Below are positions 12,518 to 22,400 of a stretch of 64,000 bases of DNA, one piece after another. The position numbers and the translations under genes were made by a program. Source of the DNA: Akkermansiaceae bacterium (GTDB lineage Bacteria > Verrucomicrobiota > Verrucomicrobiia > Verrucomicrobiales > Akkermansiaceae); NCBI GenBank assembly GCA_051251915.1, contig JBPOGF010000004.1, positions 43,188 to 107,187 of the forward strand, read 5' to 3'. How positions within the stretch are numbered: the first letter of the stretch is position 1; every line of letters begins with the position of its first letter. The notes below the pieces were generated by a model, which had not been told where the DNA came from, searched no databases, and worked only from the letters and a program-made list of their open reading frames with translations.

Positions 12518-13846
12518 TTACTGTTGGAGTAATTTTCCTAGATCGGTAGAAGGGTGAAATACGAAGGTATTTCCGTCTTTTTCTTTGGTCAGTAAACCTG
12601 CAGATGCTAATTTTAGTAAATCAGTTCTAGCTGTTTGGTTAGTGATACCATGGCTAGTTTGGTGTGATGCTATGGTGTAAAGTGCATGGCTATTTCTAAC
12701 AGCATGACTTAGAAGCGCTTTCTGTCTGTGATTCCACTTCCTCATCCCTATAAGAGACGTTGATAATTCTAACTGTTGGCGTTGCTTCCTACTGATGTAT
12801 TCGTGTAATGAAGTTACGGATTTATCCAATGTTTCTAGCTGATGGATGATGAAGTAATTTAGATCATTTTCATCAGTTTCGGTGTATAAAAATGCTCTGT
12901 AATACTGGATTGGAGCTTTGAGTAATTCAGATGAAAGCGAGATGTATTCCATCATCCAGTAGCCATGCTTTAGCATACACCAATAAAATAGAGCTCTAGC
13001 GGTTCTTCCATTTCCGTCGTAGAATGGGTGTTCATAAGCTAGCCAAAAATGTAAGATGATAGATCTAATTATAGGGTGTAAGTAACCTTGCATCTCTGGT
13101 GCATTTGCAAAAGCACATAGTTTTTCCATCCTGTCAGGAAGTAGGTCTGCATCTGGAGGAGAGTGCATGATTTCATTAGTTGTTTGATCAACTACTTGGA
13201 TATCCTCGGAAGCAAAGCGATATCTTCCTGAGGCATCTTCTTTAGTCAAAGTGTCTTTGGTCATCAACCGATGAATTTCTAGTATGAGATCTTGCGATAA
13301 TTCTCGATCCTTTAGTTCATGGATTTTCTTCATTGTTAGGAAGTTATTTAGAATCATCTGCTCATCTTTATTCTTTGGCTTAGATTTTCTTCTTAACATT
13401 TCCCCTGCTATTTCTCTAGTTACTGAGGCTCCTTCTAGCTGTGATGATGTTATGGATTCTTCAATAAGTGAGGATATATAGTAACGTTTTGAGTCGATAT
13501 CTACACTATCTGGCTTGTTGTTAGTGCTGAGGGTTCCTCCACATTTCTTATCCAGTTGATGAATAAGTTCAAACATGTGCTGTGTCAGGTAGAAGACAAA
13601 AGGATTATCGTTAGAGTCTTTAAACGGGAGAAGTTGGTAACGACTATTCCTGTGAAACTTAAGAACTGTCCACCAGTCTTCGGAAGACCAATTTTTAGGT
13701 CTATTACGGTATCTTAGTTTATCCCAATGTAGATATTTTTGCGAATCAGGAAGAGCATCAATGGGGGTATTGATATCAGAGCCAAGTTTATTCAGCGTGT
13801 TGGCTAAGAGAGTCTTCCAGTCAGGTGGTGTTTTTGGGTATTTCAT
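12518..13846 (-). CDS. Fic-family protein with internal inhibitory motif and C-terminal wHTH
   Basis: Canonical HPFYDGNGRTAR; upstream SSQLEG matches the (S/T)xxxE(G/N) inhibitory motif; C-terminal GITNQTARTDLLKLASAGLL is HTH-like. Visibly AT-richer than its neighbours. Confidence 0.92.
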   Translation of the reverse strand: MKYPKTPPDWKTLLANTLNKLGSDINTPIDALPDSQKYLHWDKLRYRNRPKNWSSEDWWTVLKFHRNSRYQLLPFKDSNDNPFVFYLTQHMFELIHQLDKKCGGTLSTNNKPDSVDIDSKRYYISSLIEESITSSQLEGASVTREIAGEMLRRKSKPKNKDEQMILNNFLTMKKIHELKDRELSQDLILEIHRLMTKDTLTKEDASGRYRFASEDIQVVDQTTNEIMHSPPDADLLPDRMEKLCAFANAPEMQGYLHPIIRSIILHFWLAYEHPFYDGNGRTARALFYWCMLKHGYWMMEYISLSSELLKAPIQYYRAFLYTETDENDLNYFIIHQLETLDKSVTSLHEYISRKQRQQLELSTSLIGMRKWNHRQKALLSHAVRNSHALYTIASHQTSHGITNQTARTDLLKLASAGLLTKEKDGNTFVFHPSTDLGKLLQQ

Positions 13847-13999
13847 TTCCTAATTTAGTAGTAATTAGGAGTAAATTAGCAGTTTAGCTATTTGCAGGCA
13901 AGCATTTCCTAATTTAGTAGTAATTAGGAGTAAATTAGTAGTTGGTTCGGCAGATGCAGATTACTACTAATTTAGTATTAATTAGGAGGTAATTAGGAG
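13844..13999. repeat. Three direct repeats (about 36 bp, period 58-59), each with a CCTAATT-N7-AATTAGG palindrome
   Basis: CATTTCCTAATTTAGTAGTAATTAGGAGTAAATTAG is identical at 13844 and 13903, with a degenerate copy from about 13961. It sits directly upstream of the Fic start codon. Confidence 0.9.
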
Positions 14000-14041
14000 T
14001 TGTTCTAGATTATGCTGCTATTACTAGGCTAGCAAAACGAT

Positions 14042-16315
14042 CTAAACTATTTGTAACTCGTAGTCTTTGGTGAGTTGTAGGTGGAGGGTGGTGTCTTTTA
14101 GGGTGGGGTGGGTTACTAGGTGTTGGGAGAGTGAGGTGGTGATGAAGTGGTCTATCTTGCGCTGTAGTGGACGTGCTCCGTATTTGGGGTCGAAGCCTTC
14201 TTTTGCGAGGTGGGTGATGAGGTCTTGGCTGTAGGTGAGGCTGATGTTGCGGTCACGGAGTCCTTCGCGTTGGTTGAGTTCTGTTAGTTCTTTTCTCGCT
14301 ATTTTCTCTATGAGTGGTTGGTCTAGTGCGTTGAAGTAGATGACTTGGTCTAGACGATTGAAGAATTCTGGGCGGAAGAATTTTTTGACTACTGATGTGT
14401 CAACGCTGGTAGATGGGCTATTGGCTTCATTGCCAAATCCGATGTTGTTAGCGAGACCAGCACCTAGGTTAGAGGTCATGATGATGATGGTGCTGTTGAA
14501 GTAGGTGCGGCGTCCGAAGGAGTCTGTTAGGCGCCCTTCGTCGAAGACATTGAGTAGGATGTCGAATACTTCATCGGCAGCTTTTTCAACTTCGTCTAGT
14601 AGTAGTATGGTGAATGGATTTGAGCGGATCTTGCGGATCATTTCTGATGGCTTGCCGCGTAGCTGGGGGTGACCTAGTAGTCTGGTGGCTGCATCGTAGC
14701 CGGCGTATTCGCTCATGTCTAAGCGGATCAAGCGGTCTTTTTCTACTTTTCCTGAGAAGAGCAGATTTCCGAGTGCTCGGACGATAGCTGTCTTTCCTAC
14801 GCCAGTAGGTCCGCAGCAGAGGAAGACACCTAGTGGGCGAGATGGATCATTCATGCCAGCTTTGAAGCGTGAGAGCATGTTGGAGATGACGTTGACTACG
14901 GGTTCTTGACCTAGGACTTGGTTGTTGAGTGTTTGGCGGATTTCTGAGGGCGCTAGGCTTAGCTCGTCATTGAGAAATTCTAGCGGGAGTCCAGTATGCT
15001 TGCTAAAGGTGAGCCAGACTAGATCTGTATCTACTGTGGAGCTGTTAGAGCGCTGGGATTCTTCTTTGAGCCCATCCATGAAATGCATGACCTTGCCGGG
15101 GAAGGAGTCATAGGGTTGGAAGCGTTTAAAGAGTTGGTGGACTATGTCTAGGGCTTCTGGGGCGAAGCTGACTTTGTCTTGCTGGAGTGCTGCGTCTGCG
15201 TAGCGTGCTAGGATTCTTTTGGTTTGTTCTTCAGTGAAGGTTGGGAGTTGGAGCACTTGGAATTGATCGATGAGTCCGGGGAGTAGTCGGTCACAGGCTT
15301 CTAGTTCTTCTGGTGTGGCTTCTACTACAATGCGGAGTTCTTGATTCTGAATGTAGGGGAGCATGAAGGCAGCAATACTGGACTCTGCTGTTTGGCCTCC
15401 TAGTTTGAGCAGCTCTTGGAGGTTTTCTATGAATAGGGTTCCTTGGAAGTTTGCGAGGTCTGCTACGGCATACTCGAAACGTTCTTCCCACTGACCTAGG
15501 TAGCGCATTCCTGAGATGATGCGTCCTGCGTTGGTGGTCCAGAAGAGTTGTTTTTTCTTGCTGTGTTTACTTTTATTCTTCTGTTGTTTGAGCTCTGCAC
15601 GTCTTGCGGCTTCTGTCAAAAGTGATGTTTTTCCACTTCCTGTATTTCCTACGAGAAGGATGCTGTTAGATTCTGCTGAGAGCATGGTTTCTAGCCAGTG
15701 CATTTCATGGTCTCGTTCCCAGGTTCGCTTGGTTTTCTGTGATGTGGTTTTGCTGATGTGGTCGGCAAATTGAGCGAGGCTTTTGACGCAGTCTGTGTCT
15801 TCGTAATGTGAGGTGGATAGTTCTTTGAAGGTGGTGATTATTTCATGGAGTTCAATATGGCTGGGTGGGAGATAGCGGGAGAGTTCTTGGGGGCTTAGAC
15901 CTTGGGCGAAGGATCTTACGTAATGGGTAGCGAGTTCTTCAAATCCTTTTTCATCGTGGTATTCGAAGCTGAGATCCATAGTGGGGATGAAGGCGGTGGG
16001 GAGTCCGCTGTCACGCTCTCCTAGTATGCAGGGGAGGTTGAGCAGGGTGGAGTCTTTGCTAGCATAGGTGCGGCGGTTTTCTTGGTATTCCGCGATGACT
16101 TTTACTTTTAGCTGGGTGAGTCTAGGCTTGAGGAAGTCGCCTTCTGGTAAGAAGTCATTTTTATGGGCGTATTGGAGGTAATCTTTGATTTGCTGTAATG
16201 CTTGTTTCCGTGATTTAGAAACAGCAATTACCTCAGAGTCATCTAGCAGGCATGCGGTGTGCAAGCCATTGTGATCTTGCCAAATAGCGGCTTGGTGTCG
16301 TTCTACTTTAGCCAT
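14042..16315 (-). CDS. ClpA/B-like double AAA+ ATPase (paralogue 3, no C-terminal extension)
   Basis: D1 GNTGSGKT; D2 GPTGVGKT, RLDMSEY, LLLDEVEKA, FRPEFFNRLD, YGARPLQR; NNIGF loop. Confidence 0.9.
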   Translation of the reverse strand: MAKVERHQAAIWQDHNGLHTACLLDDSEVIAVSKSRKQALQQIKDYLQYAHKNDFLPEGDFLKPRLTQLKVKVIAEYQENRRTYASKDSTLLNLPCILGERDSGLPTAFIPTMDLSFEYHDEKGFEELATHYVRSFAQGLSPQELSRYLPPSHIELHEIITTFKELSTSHYEDTDCVKSLAQFADHISKTTSQKTKRTWERDHEMHWLETMLSAESNSILLVGNTGSGKTSLLTEAARRAELKQQKNKSKHSKKKQLFWTTNAGRIISGMRYLGQWEERFEYAVADLANFQGTLFIENLQELLKLGGQTAESSIAAFMLPYIQNQELRIVVEATPEELEACDRLLPGLIDQFQVLQLPTFTEEQTKRILARYADAALQQDKVSFAPEALDIVHQLFKRFQPYDSFPGKVMHFMDGLKEESQRSNSSTVDTDLVWLTFSKHTGLPLEFLNDELSLAPSEIRQTLNNQVLGQEPVVNVISNMLSRFKAGMNDPSRPLGVFLCCGPTGVGKTAIVRALGNLLFSGKVEKDRLIRLDMSEYAGYDAATRLLGHPQLRGKPSEMIRKIRSNPFTILLLDEVEKAADEVFDILLNVFDEGRLTDSFGRRTYFNSTIIIMTSNLGAGLANNIGFGNEANSPSTSVDTSVVKKFFRPEFFNRLDQVIYFNALDQPLIEKIARKELTELNQREGLRDRNISLTYSQDLITHLAKEGFDPKYGARPLQRKIDHFITTSLSQHLVTHPTLKDTTLHLQLTKDYELQIV

Positions 16316-19300
16316 GGTTCGGAAGAAGAAGGTTTGAGATTTCAGTGAGTTCTGGAGCTGTGGGGAGGAGCGGGGTGATGAGGCTCCATAGATTGTAGTT
16401 TCTGTCTGTGATGAGTCCTGTGCGAAGATCTAGGGTGTGGCTGAAAGTTTGCAGGCGATGGATGAATTCACTACGATGTTGCTCAGTGCTTTCTTGGAAT
16501 TGGTAGATGTGCTGTGCTGCCTTTAATTGAATACCGACTAGGTATTTCATGAGTTTTTGCCCAGCGAGTGCTTCGAATTGATAGTGATTGGTTTTCTTTT
16601 TATCGGTCCATTTTCCATCAGGGAAGCTAGTTGTATAGGTTTCTTGATTCCATGTAGGTCCATCTAGAGCGAGGATGACAGTTTCTATATTCAGGTTCTT
16701 TTGTTCTAACAGAAAGTGGATATGGTTGATTTTGTTGATGAGGTTTTCAGCGGAATAGGCGAGGTAGGTTTGGATTTCGCCAGTCTCGGCTAGTTCGTTG
16801 ATCCATTGGCTTGGATTGCTCATCTGGCTGATTTTCTCTAGTGCATTACTTTGCGTTTCTGGGCTGATGCGGACTCTGGTGGAACGGGTTCCAAACCTTG
16901 GTGGGATATCAGTTTTGAAACGCGGGTTGAGCGCTATTTCGTGTTGTGATTGGAGTCTTTGCTGAAGAGTTTTTAGGGAGTTAATTTCTTCAGCTAGCTC
17001 GTAGTAGGGGAGCTTGGATTTGAAGTCGCCGTCTTGTTCACCTAGTAGCTGGAGTCTTTCTTCAGCGCGGTCCATAAAGTCATCACTGCATTCTAAGAGA
17101 GTGAGAGCGTGGTCAGGAGAAATGTCCGAGAAGCCAATGTATTCACGCGTTCTCGCGGTGAATGTCTGGGCTGTGATCTTAGGTGCATTGTTCTGGTCTA
17201 GGCTGACGGTGAGGGTGCTCAAGGCGCTGGGTTTGAACTTCATGAGTGCGTCAGCTAGTGGCTGGACTAGGTAGTTTTCTACTGCTCGGCGGAGTGTTCT
17301 AGCTCCGTATTCTGGGTCGAATCCGTGATCAGTGAGCATTTCATAGACTGGAGGCTCTATCTCTAGTGTGAGCTTGCGCTGGGTGACGCCAAATCGCTTG
17401 AGTGCTTTCTGTGCTAGCCGCTGGACTAGTCCCTGGATGTGGTTGCGGTCTAGGCGGTGGAAGGGGACGATGCGGTCTAGGCGATTGAAAAACTCTGGAC
17501 GGAAAAATTTCTCAGCTGCTTGAGTGTAGATGTGGTCTTGCTGTTCTTGGTTTTGCTCGGAGCTAAAGCCCATGTGGCTAGCGTTTGCTGCTGATCCTAG
17601 GTTGGAGGTGAGAATGATGAGGGTGTTACTAAAGTCTGCAGTCTGTCCAGCAGCGTCTGTTAGGCGAGCCTCGCCTAGGACTTGGAGGAGGAGGTCGAAG
17701 ACGCTGGGGTGGGCTTTTTCTATCTCATCAAATAGGACGACGGTGTATGGCTGACGTTTGATGGCGGAGGTGAGTATACCGTGAGGGCGTGCCTCAGTGC
17801 CTATGAGACGAGCGGCGGCGTCTGCTCCGACGTATTCGTTCATGTCGATCCGGAGTAGACGTTCTTCTGTCTCGAAAACGTAGCTGGCTAGAGCTTTGGC
17901 GCATTCGGTTTTCCCTACGCCTGTGGGTCCTAGAAAGAGTAGGCTAGCGAGTGGGCGACTGGGGTCATTGAGCTGGCTCTTGGTGAGGGTGATGGCATTC
18001 ACCATGGCATCGATAGCGGCTTGTTGTCCTACGATGTGCTGATTGAAATAGAGTATGGGCGTGTCATCTGGGTTGTTGTTAGTTTCGATCATTCGCCATG
18101 AGATTCCTGATTTGGCTTTGAAGTGATCTACTGCATTTTTTTCGGTGATTTCTGTGCTCTGGGAAGCGAGCTGCATGAGTGCATCTGCTCCTTTTCCGGG
18201 GAATGAGCGTGAGCGGACGTAGCGCTGCTGGAGTTGCATGATCTTGGGGATGACGCCGGGGGCGAAGGTGCAGTTTTTCTCAGTCTCTAGCATTTGCATC
18301 ACTCGGATGAGGATGCGCTGGGTCTCATCATCACTAGGTTCACGAATGGGGATGATCTGGAAATAATCGGTGAATCCACGGTCGATCTCTTTGAGCTTTC
18401 TCCAGGCTTCTGGAGTGGCTTCGGCGATGATGCGTGGTGGATTTTTTTCGAGTTGAGCCTTGAGCAGGTTTCCGATGCTAAGGTCACTACTGCTAGATTT
18501 TCCAGCCTGGAAGAGTCCTAGAAGGTCATCGAAGTAGGCTACGTGGTTTTTCTTAGTAATGTGGGTAATGATGGCTAGAAAACGTTCTTCCCACTGACCT
18601 ACATAAGACATCCCTGAGACCATGCGTTGAGGATTGAGCAGCCAGAACTGCTCGTCTAGCTTGTGGCGCTCGTCGTGTCGCTTGGCGATGAGTTCATGAA
18701 TGATGGCGGTCTTGCCTACTTGGCTGGGACCGATGAGGACTACGGGGCGGAGGAGCTGTGTCTGATCAAAGAGTGATGCTATTTCACCGACTAGGGTCTC
18801 TCGCATGACAGCACGTTTGATTTGCTGGGGATAGAGGCGGTTGATGCAGCGTCCTATCCGTTCTAGCTCGGAGGCGCCGTTAAGTTTCTCAGTGCTACCT
18901 AGGCTGGCGAAAAACTGGGAGCCTTGGTTAGGGTCAAGCTTCTGCTGGATGTTGTTTTCAATGTCGATGTAGCTGAGGTTGTAGTTCTGAGCATTGGCTA
19001 TTTCTTCGGGCTGAGCTTTTCCTTCTTCGCGTTCTTTCTTGCGATAGTATTTAGTAAGTATGGTGGTAGCTCGTTCTTGGATCTGGTCACCACGAAGGAG
19101 CTCGAAACTGACTTCTGGTTGCTTGGGGCAGTAGGCTATACGTCTTTCTAGTGCGGAGAAAACCACGAAGAAAAACTTACCTCTGAAGGTTTGTTTCTTA
19201 AGTCGGAGTTCTAGCTTTAGCAGATGCCGGCTTAGCTCTGGGCTGTAGGAGAGAGTGGTGAGCTCGCTGTGGTTTTGCTTTTTTACTAGAGCTGCAATGT

Positions 19301-19460
19301 AGCCGCGGAGGTTCTGAGTAAGACGCTCTGTGGCGCGGTCTTCACGGAGGTCACTGGCGGTGATCTCTTGATTGAAAATAGGGGAGACTGAATAGTAGGG
19401 ATCTGCGTCACCGTCTATGATTTTCTCTATTAGGATGGGTATGGAAAGTTGAGTCAGCAT
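16308..19460 (-). CDS. ClpA/B-like double AAA+ ATPase (paralogue 2, C-terminal extension of about 290 aa)
   Basis: D1 GPSQVGKT; D2 GPTGVGKT, RIDMNEY, VLFDEIEKAH, FRPEFFNRLD, YGARTLRR; HMGF loop; C-terminal TLDLRTG. Confidence 0.9.
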   Translation of the reverse strand: MLTQLSIPILIEKIIDGDADPYYSVSPIFNQEITASDLREDRATERLTQNLRGYIAALVKKQNHSELTTLSYSPELSRHLLKLELRLKKQTFRGKFFFVVFSALERRIAYCPKQPEVSFELLRGDQIQERATTILTKYYRKKEREEGKAQPEEIANAQNYNLSYIDIENNIQQKLDPNQGSQFFASLGSTEKLNGASELERIGRCINRLYPQQIKRAVMRETLVGEIASLFDQTQLLRPVVLIGPSQVGKTAIIHELIAKRHDERHKLDEQFWLLNPQRMVSGMSYVGQWEERFLAIITHITKKNHVAYFDDLLGLFQAGKSSSSDLSIGNLLKAQLEKNPPRIIAEATPEAWRKLKEIDRGFTDYFQIIPIREPSDDETQRILIRVMQMLETEKNCTFAPGVIPKIMQLQQRYVRSRSFPGKGADALMQLASQSTEITEKNAVDHFKAKSGISWRMIETNNNPDDTPILYFNQHIVGQQAAIDAMVNAITLTKSQLNDPSRPLASLLFLGPTGVGKTECAKALASYVFETEERLLRIDMNEYVGADAAARLIGTEARPHGILTSAIKRQPYTVVLFDEIEKAHPSVFDLLLQVLGEARLTDAAGQTADFSNTLIILTSNLGSAANASHMGFSSEQNQEQQDHIYTQAAEKFFRPEFFNRLDRIVPFHRLDRNHIQGLVQRLAQKALKRFGVTQRKLTLEIEPPVYEMLTDHGFDPEYGARTLRRAVENYLVQPLADALMKFKPSALSTLTVSLDQNNAPKITAQTFTARTREYIGFSDISPDHALTLLECSDDFMDRAEERLQLLGEQDGDFKSKLPYYELAEEINSLKTLQQRLQSQHEIALNPRFKTDIPPRFGTRSTRVRISPETQSNALEKISQMSNPSQWINELAETGEIQTYLAYSAENLINKINHIHFLLEQKNLNIETVILALDGPTWNQETYTTSFPDGKWTDKKKTNHYQFEALAGQKLMKYLVGIQLKAAQHIYQFQESTEQHRSEFIHRLQTFSHTLDLRTGLITDRNYNLWSLITPLLPTAPELTEISNLLLPNHG

Positions 19461-19463
19461 CGG

Positions 19464-22400
19464 TTAATCGAGCATGTTGTTAGTTTCCTTAAGCAGTGTG
19501 TCGTTGAGGAGTTTATCCAGTGTGGATATGGAGAAGGGGAGGATTCCTTTTTCTTCTAACCATGTATCACGGTAGCTGCCCTCGAAGAAAAATTCTCTAC
19601 GAACGGCTATTTTCTTAAGATCTAGTTTAGCCTCCAGTTCTTCTACAGGAATGCGGAATTTCTTGAGCGAGCCACTGTGGGTGCTGATGTAGCAACGTTG
19701 TTTGTCTTTGTCTTCTGTATGGTAAACGTGGAGTCCGTGTTCATTGCGAAGTAGGAGTTCTGCTTCTGTGTGCTGGACGTGGAGAGCTATTCCTTTGAGG
19801 GGTTTGAGCTTTCGAGTGCCGACTTTATCACTGAGCATTTCTGCAAATTCTTCTAGGCTTACAATTTCCGGGGTGATGAATTCATGTTCGTTGCCATCTT
19901 CATCTAGGTCTTTTACTTTGAGTTCTTTGGTAGGTTTTCTGTAGATGAGTCCTAGCTTACATTTGAAATTTTTACCTGTTAGCAGTGTGGTGTATGTTTG
20001 CTGTAACTTGGTCATCCACTCGAGTGAATCTACTTGCATGTAGAGGATGATTTCATCATCGAGATTGGAATAGACACTGTAGATCTCTGTGATGAGACGG
20101 AGTGCGTCATGTCTGGTAAATGGGCTGTGTTTCTGCTGGGCGTCCAGATCAGAGTTTTGGAAGGATTTTACGAGTAAGTCTTCTTCCCATTGGGTTGTTT
20201 TAGTGAGGGCTTGAGTTACTTCGTTGAGGCTTGTGGTGAGTGATTCCTTGCGAGGGGTGTTCTCTGGATCAAATTCTGTGAAGACGCTGTCTAGTGATTG
20301 CTTCCTACGCTTTTGTTGTTTGAGCTTTTTAGCCTTTAGTTGATTCATCCTGCGTTCGAGTCTAGCTAGCTCGCTTTTTAGCTCACGTAGCATGGAGCTG
20401 TGGTTTAGCTTGTAGATGAGACGTCTTACTTTAGCGGCTTCGTTTAGTTGTGGATAGCTGTAGGTTTTTTTACTGGAGTGGTGAGGTTCGTATGAGACTA
20501 GCGCTTGAGCTTGGTTCTGTTCATCAGCTGAGACGTTGATGGTGCCATTTTGCTTGGTGTTGTTGATGATGAATTCAGCAACGGGGAGAAGAATGTGTGT
20601 CTCGATAGCTCGCTTGAGTGGACGTGCGCCGTAGCGGGGGTCGTGGCTGTTACGGATGACTTGGTCTAGATATTCAGGGTCTACTTGGATGTCTAGACCT
20701 TGGTGGTGGAGACCATCTCGCTTGGATGCTAGCTGGAGCTCGCGCTGGGCTATTTTTCTAACGGAATCTAGGCTGAGAGCCTGGAAGGGGACGATGCGGT
20801 CGATGCGATTGAAGAACTCTGGGCGGACGCGTTCTTTGACAGCATCAATGAAGTGTTGCTCAGCGAGGACTGAGTCTTCGAGATCATTGGCTAGGAATCC
20901 CATGTTAGAATTTCCAAAGGTGCTGGCTCCTAGGTTGGAGGTCATGATGATGACGGCATTGCTGAAGTCTGCTAAGCGTCCTGCTCCATCAGTCAGACGA
21001 CCTTCGCCTAGGACTTGGAGGAAGAGGTCATAGACTTCTGGTGCTGCTTTCTCAAATTCATCTAGGAGGATGACGGAGAAGGGTTGGTCACGGACGGTGG
21101 CGGTGAGGATGCCTTCGCCCTGGGAAAAGCTATCGCTCACTAGGCGCTGGGCTGAGTGTGGTGAGCTGTATTCGCTCATGTCGAAACGGACAATGCGCTC
21201 CTTTGACCCGTAGAGGAATTCTGCTAGGGACTTGGCTAGTTCGGTTTTGCCTACTCCAGTAGGTCCTATGAACATGAATGTAGCGAGGGGTTTCTTGGGT
21301 CTCGTGAGTCTGGTTTTGACCGTAGCGAGCATCTTGGTGACTACTTCTATGCCGGCGTCTTGAGCCATCACTCGTTGGGTAAACCATTCAGTGATTTCGG
21401 AGGGGGTGAAAATGATATCATCATCCAGAATGAGTTTGGGGAGACCGGTCTCCTTGGAGAAAACTTCTACGATGTCAGAGCGCGATATTTTCCTGTCGGA
21501 ATGTTGTTTGATGAGGCTTTCTAAGAATTGGCAGGGCTTCCCGGGGTAGGCTGAGTAGCTCATGTAGCGGCGGTGAAGCGCGTCAATGTTGTGAATCAGG
21601 TCATGCTGTTCCTCTGAGCTGTGTTTGCTGTTAGAGGCATCTGTTAGATATTGATTTCCTACTTTAAGCAGGATGTTTAGAGCTTGGTCAGGTGTTGGCT
21701 CAGCGATGGTGACGCGGTTAAATGCATCGAGAATTTTTGGGTCGTGAGCTTCCAGTGCGCTGAGTTGTTCCTCAGTGCATTCAGCAATTACGATGAGGTC
21801 TCCACGCATCATGTAGGGGCGGAGGTAGCTGGCGATGCTTTCTGAACTGCTGGAGGATTGACCTACTTGCATGAGCTCGAAGAGATTGCCAATGAAGAGG
21901 ATACTTTTCTCTTCTGCGAGTTCTGAGACCATGTCGTCGCAACGTTTCTGCCACATGCCGAATCCTGTTTGTCCCGCTACGATTTGGGATCCGCTAGATT
22001 TCCAGAGTTTAGGAAGGTGTTTTGATTCTGAACGTAGCATTTCTTCTACGATAGCAGTTTTTCCTACTCCGCTAGGTCCTACGAGAAGTGCGCTGAAGGG
22101 ATTTTTTCCTGTGAGGCATTCTAGTAGGTTTGTGACCTCAGTGGTGCGCTCATAAGCTTGGCGCATATCACCAGTATTCATTTGGCAGGCGACTTCTTTT
22201 AGTATAGTTTTCTGATCTGTTTGATCATCGTAGTTCACCTTGTAGTATTCTAGAGCTGTGTAAGGTCTGGGCTTCCAGGGGGTGAGTTCTACTTCTAGAT
22301 CATCTGCTTTTGTGCGCTGGATGAGGGCCATTTCTAGGAGTGACTTGGAGATAGCTCGGCGTTTTACAGCGAAGAGAATTTCCGATTCTATTTTCTCTAA

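Noticed and set aside
13844-13999. Bona fide CRISPR array
   Set aside because: Only 2-3 repeats, spacers of about 22-23 bp, the first repeat overlaps a start codon, and there are no cas genes in the window. Kept as an operator-like repeat instead.
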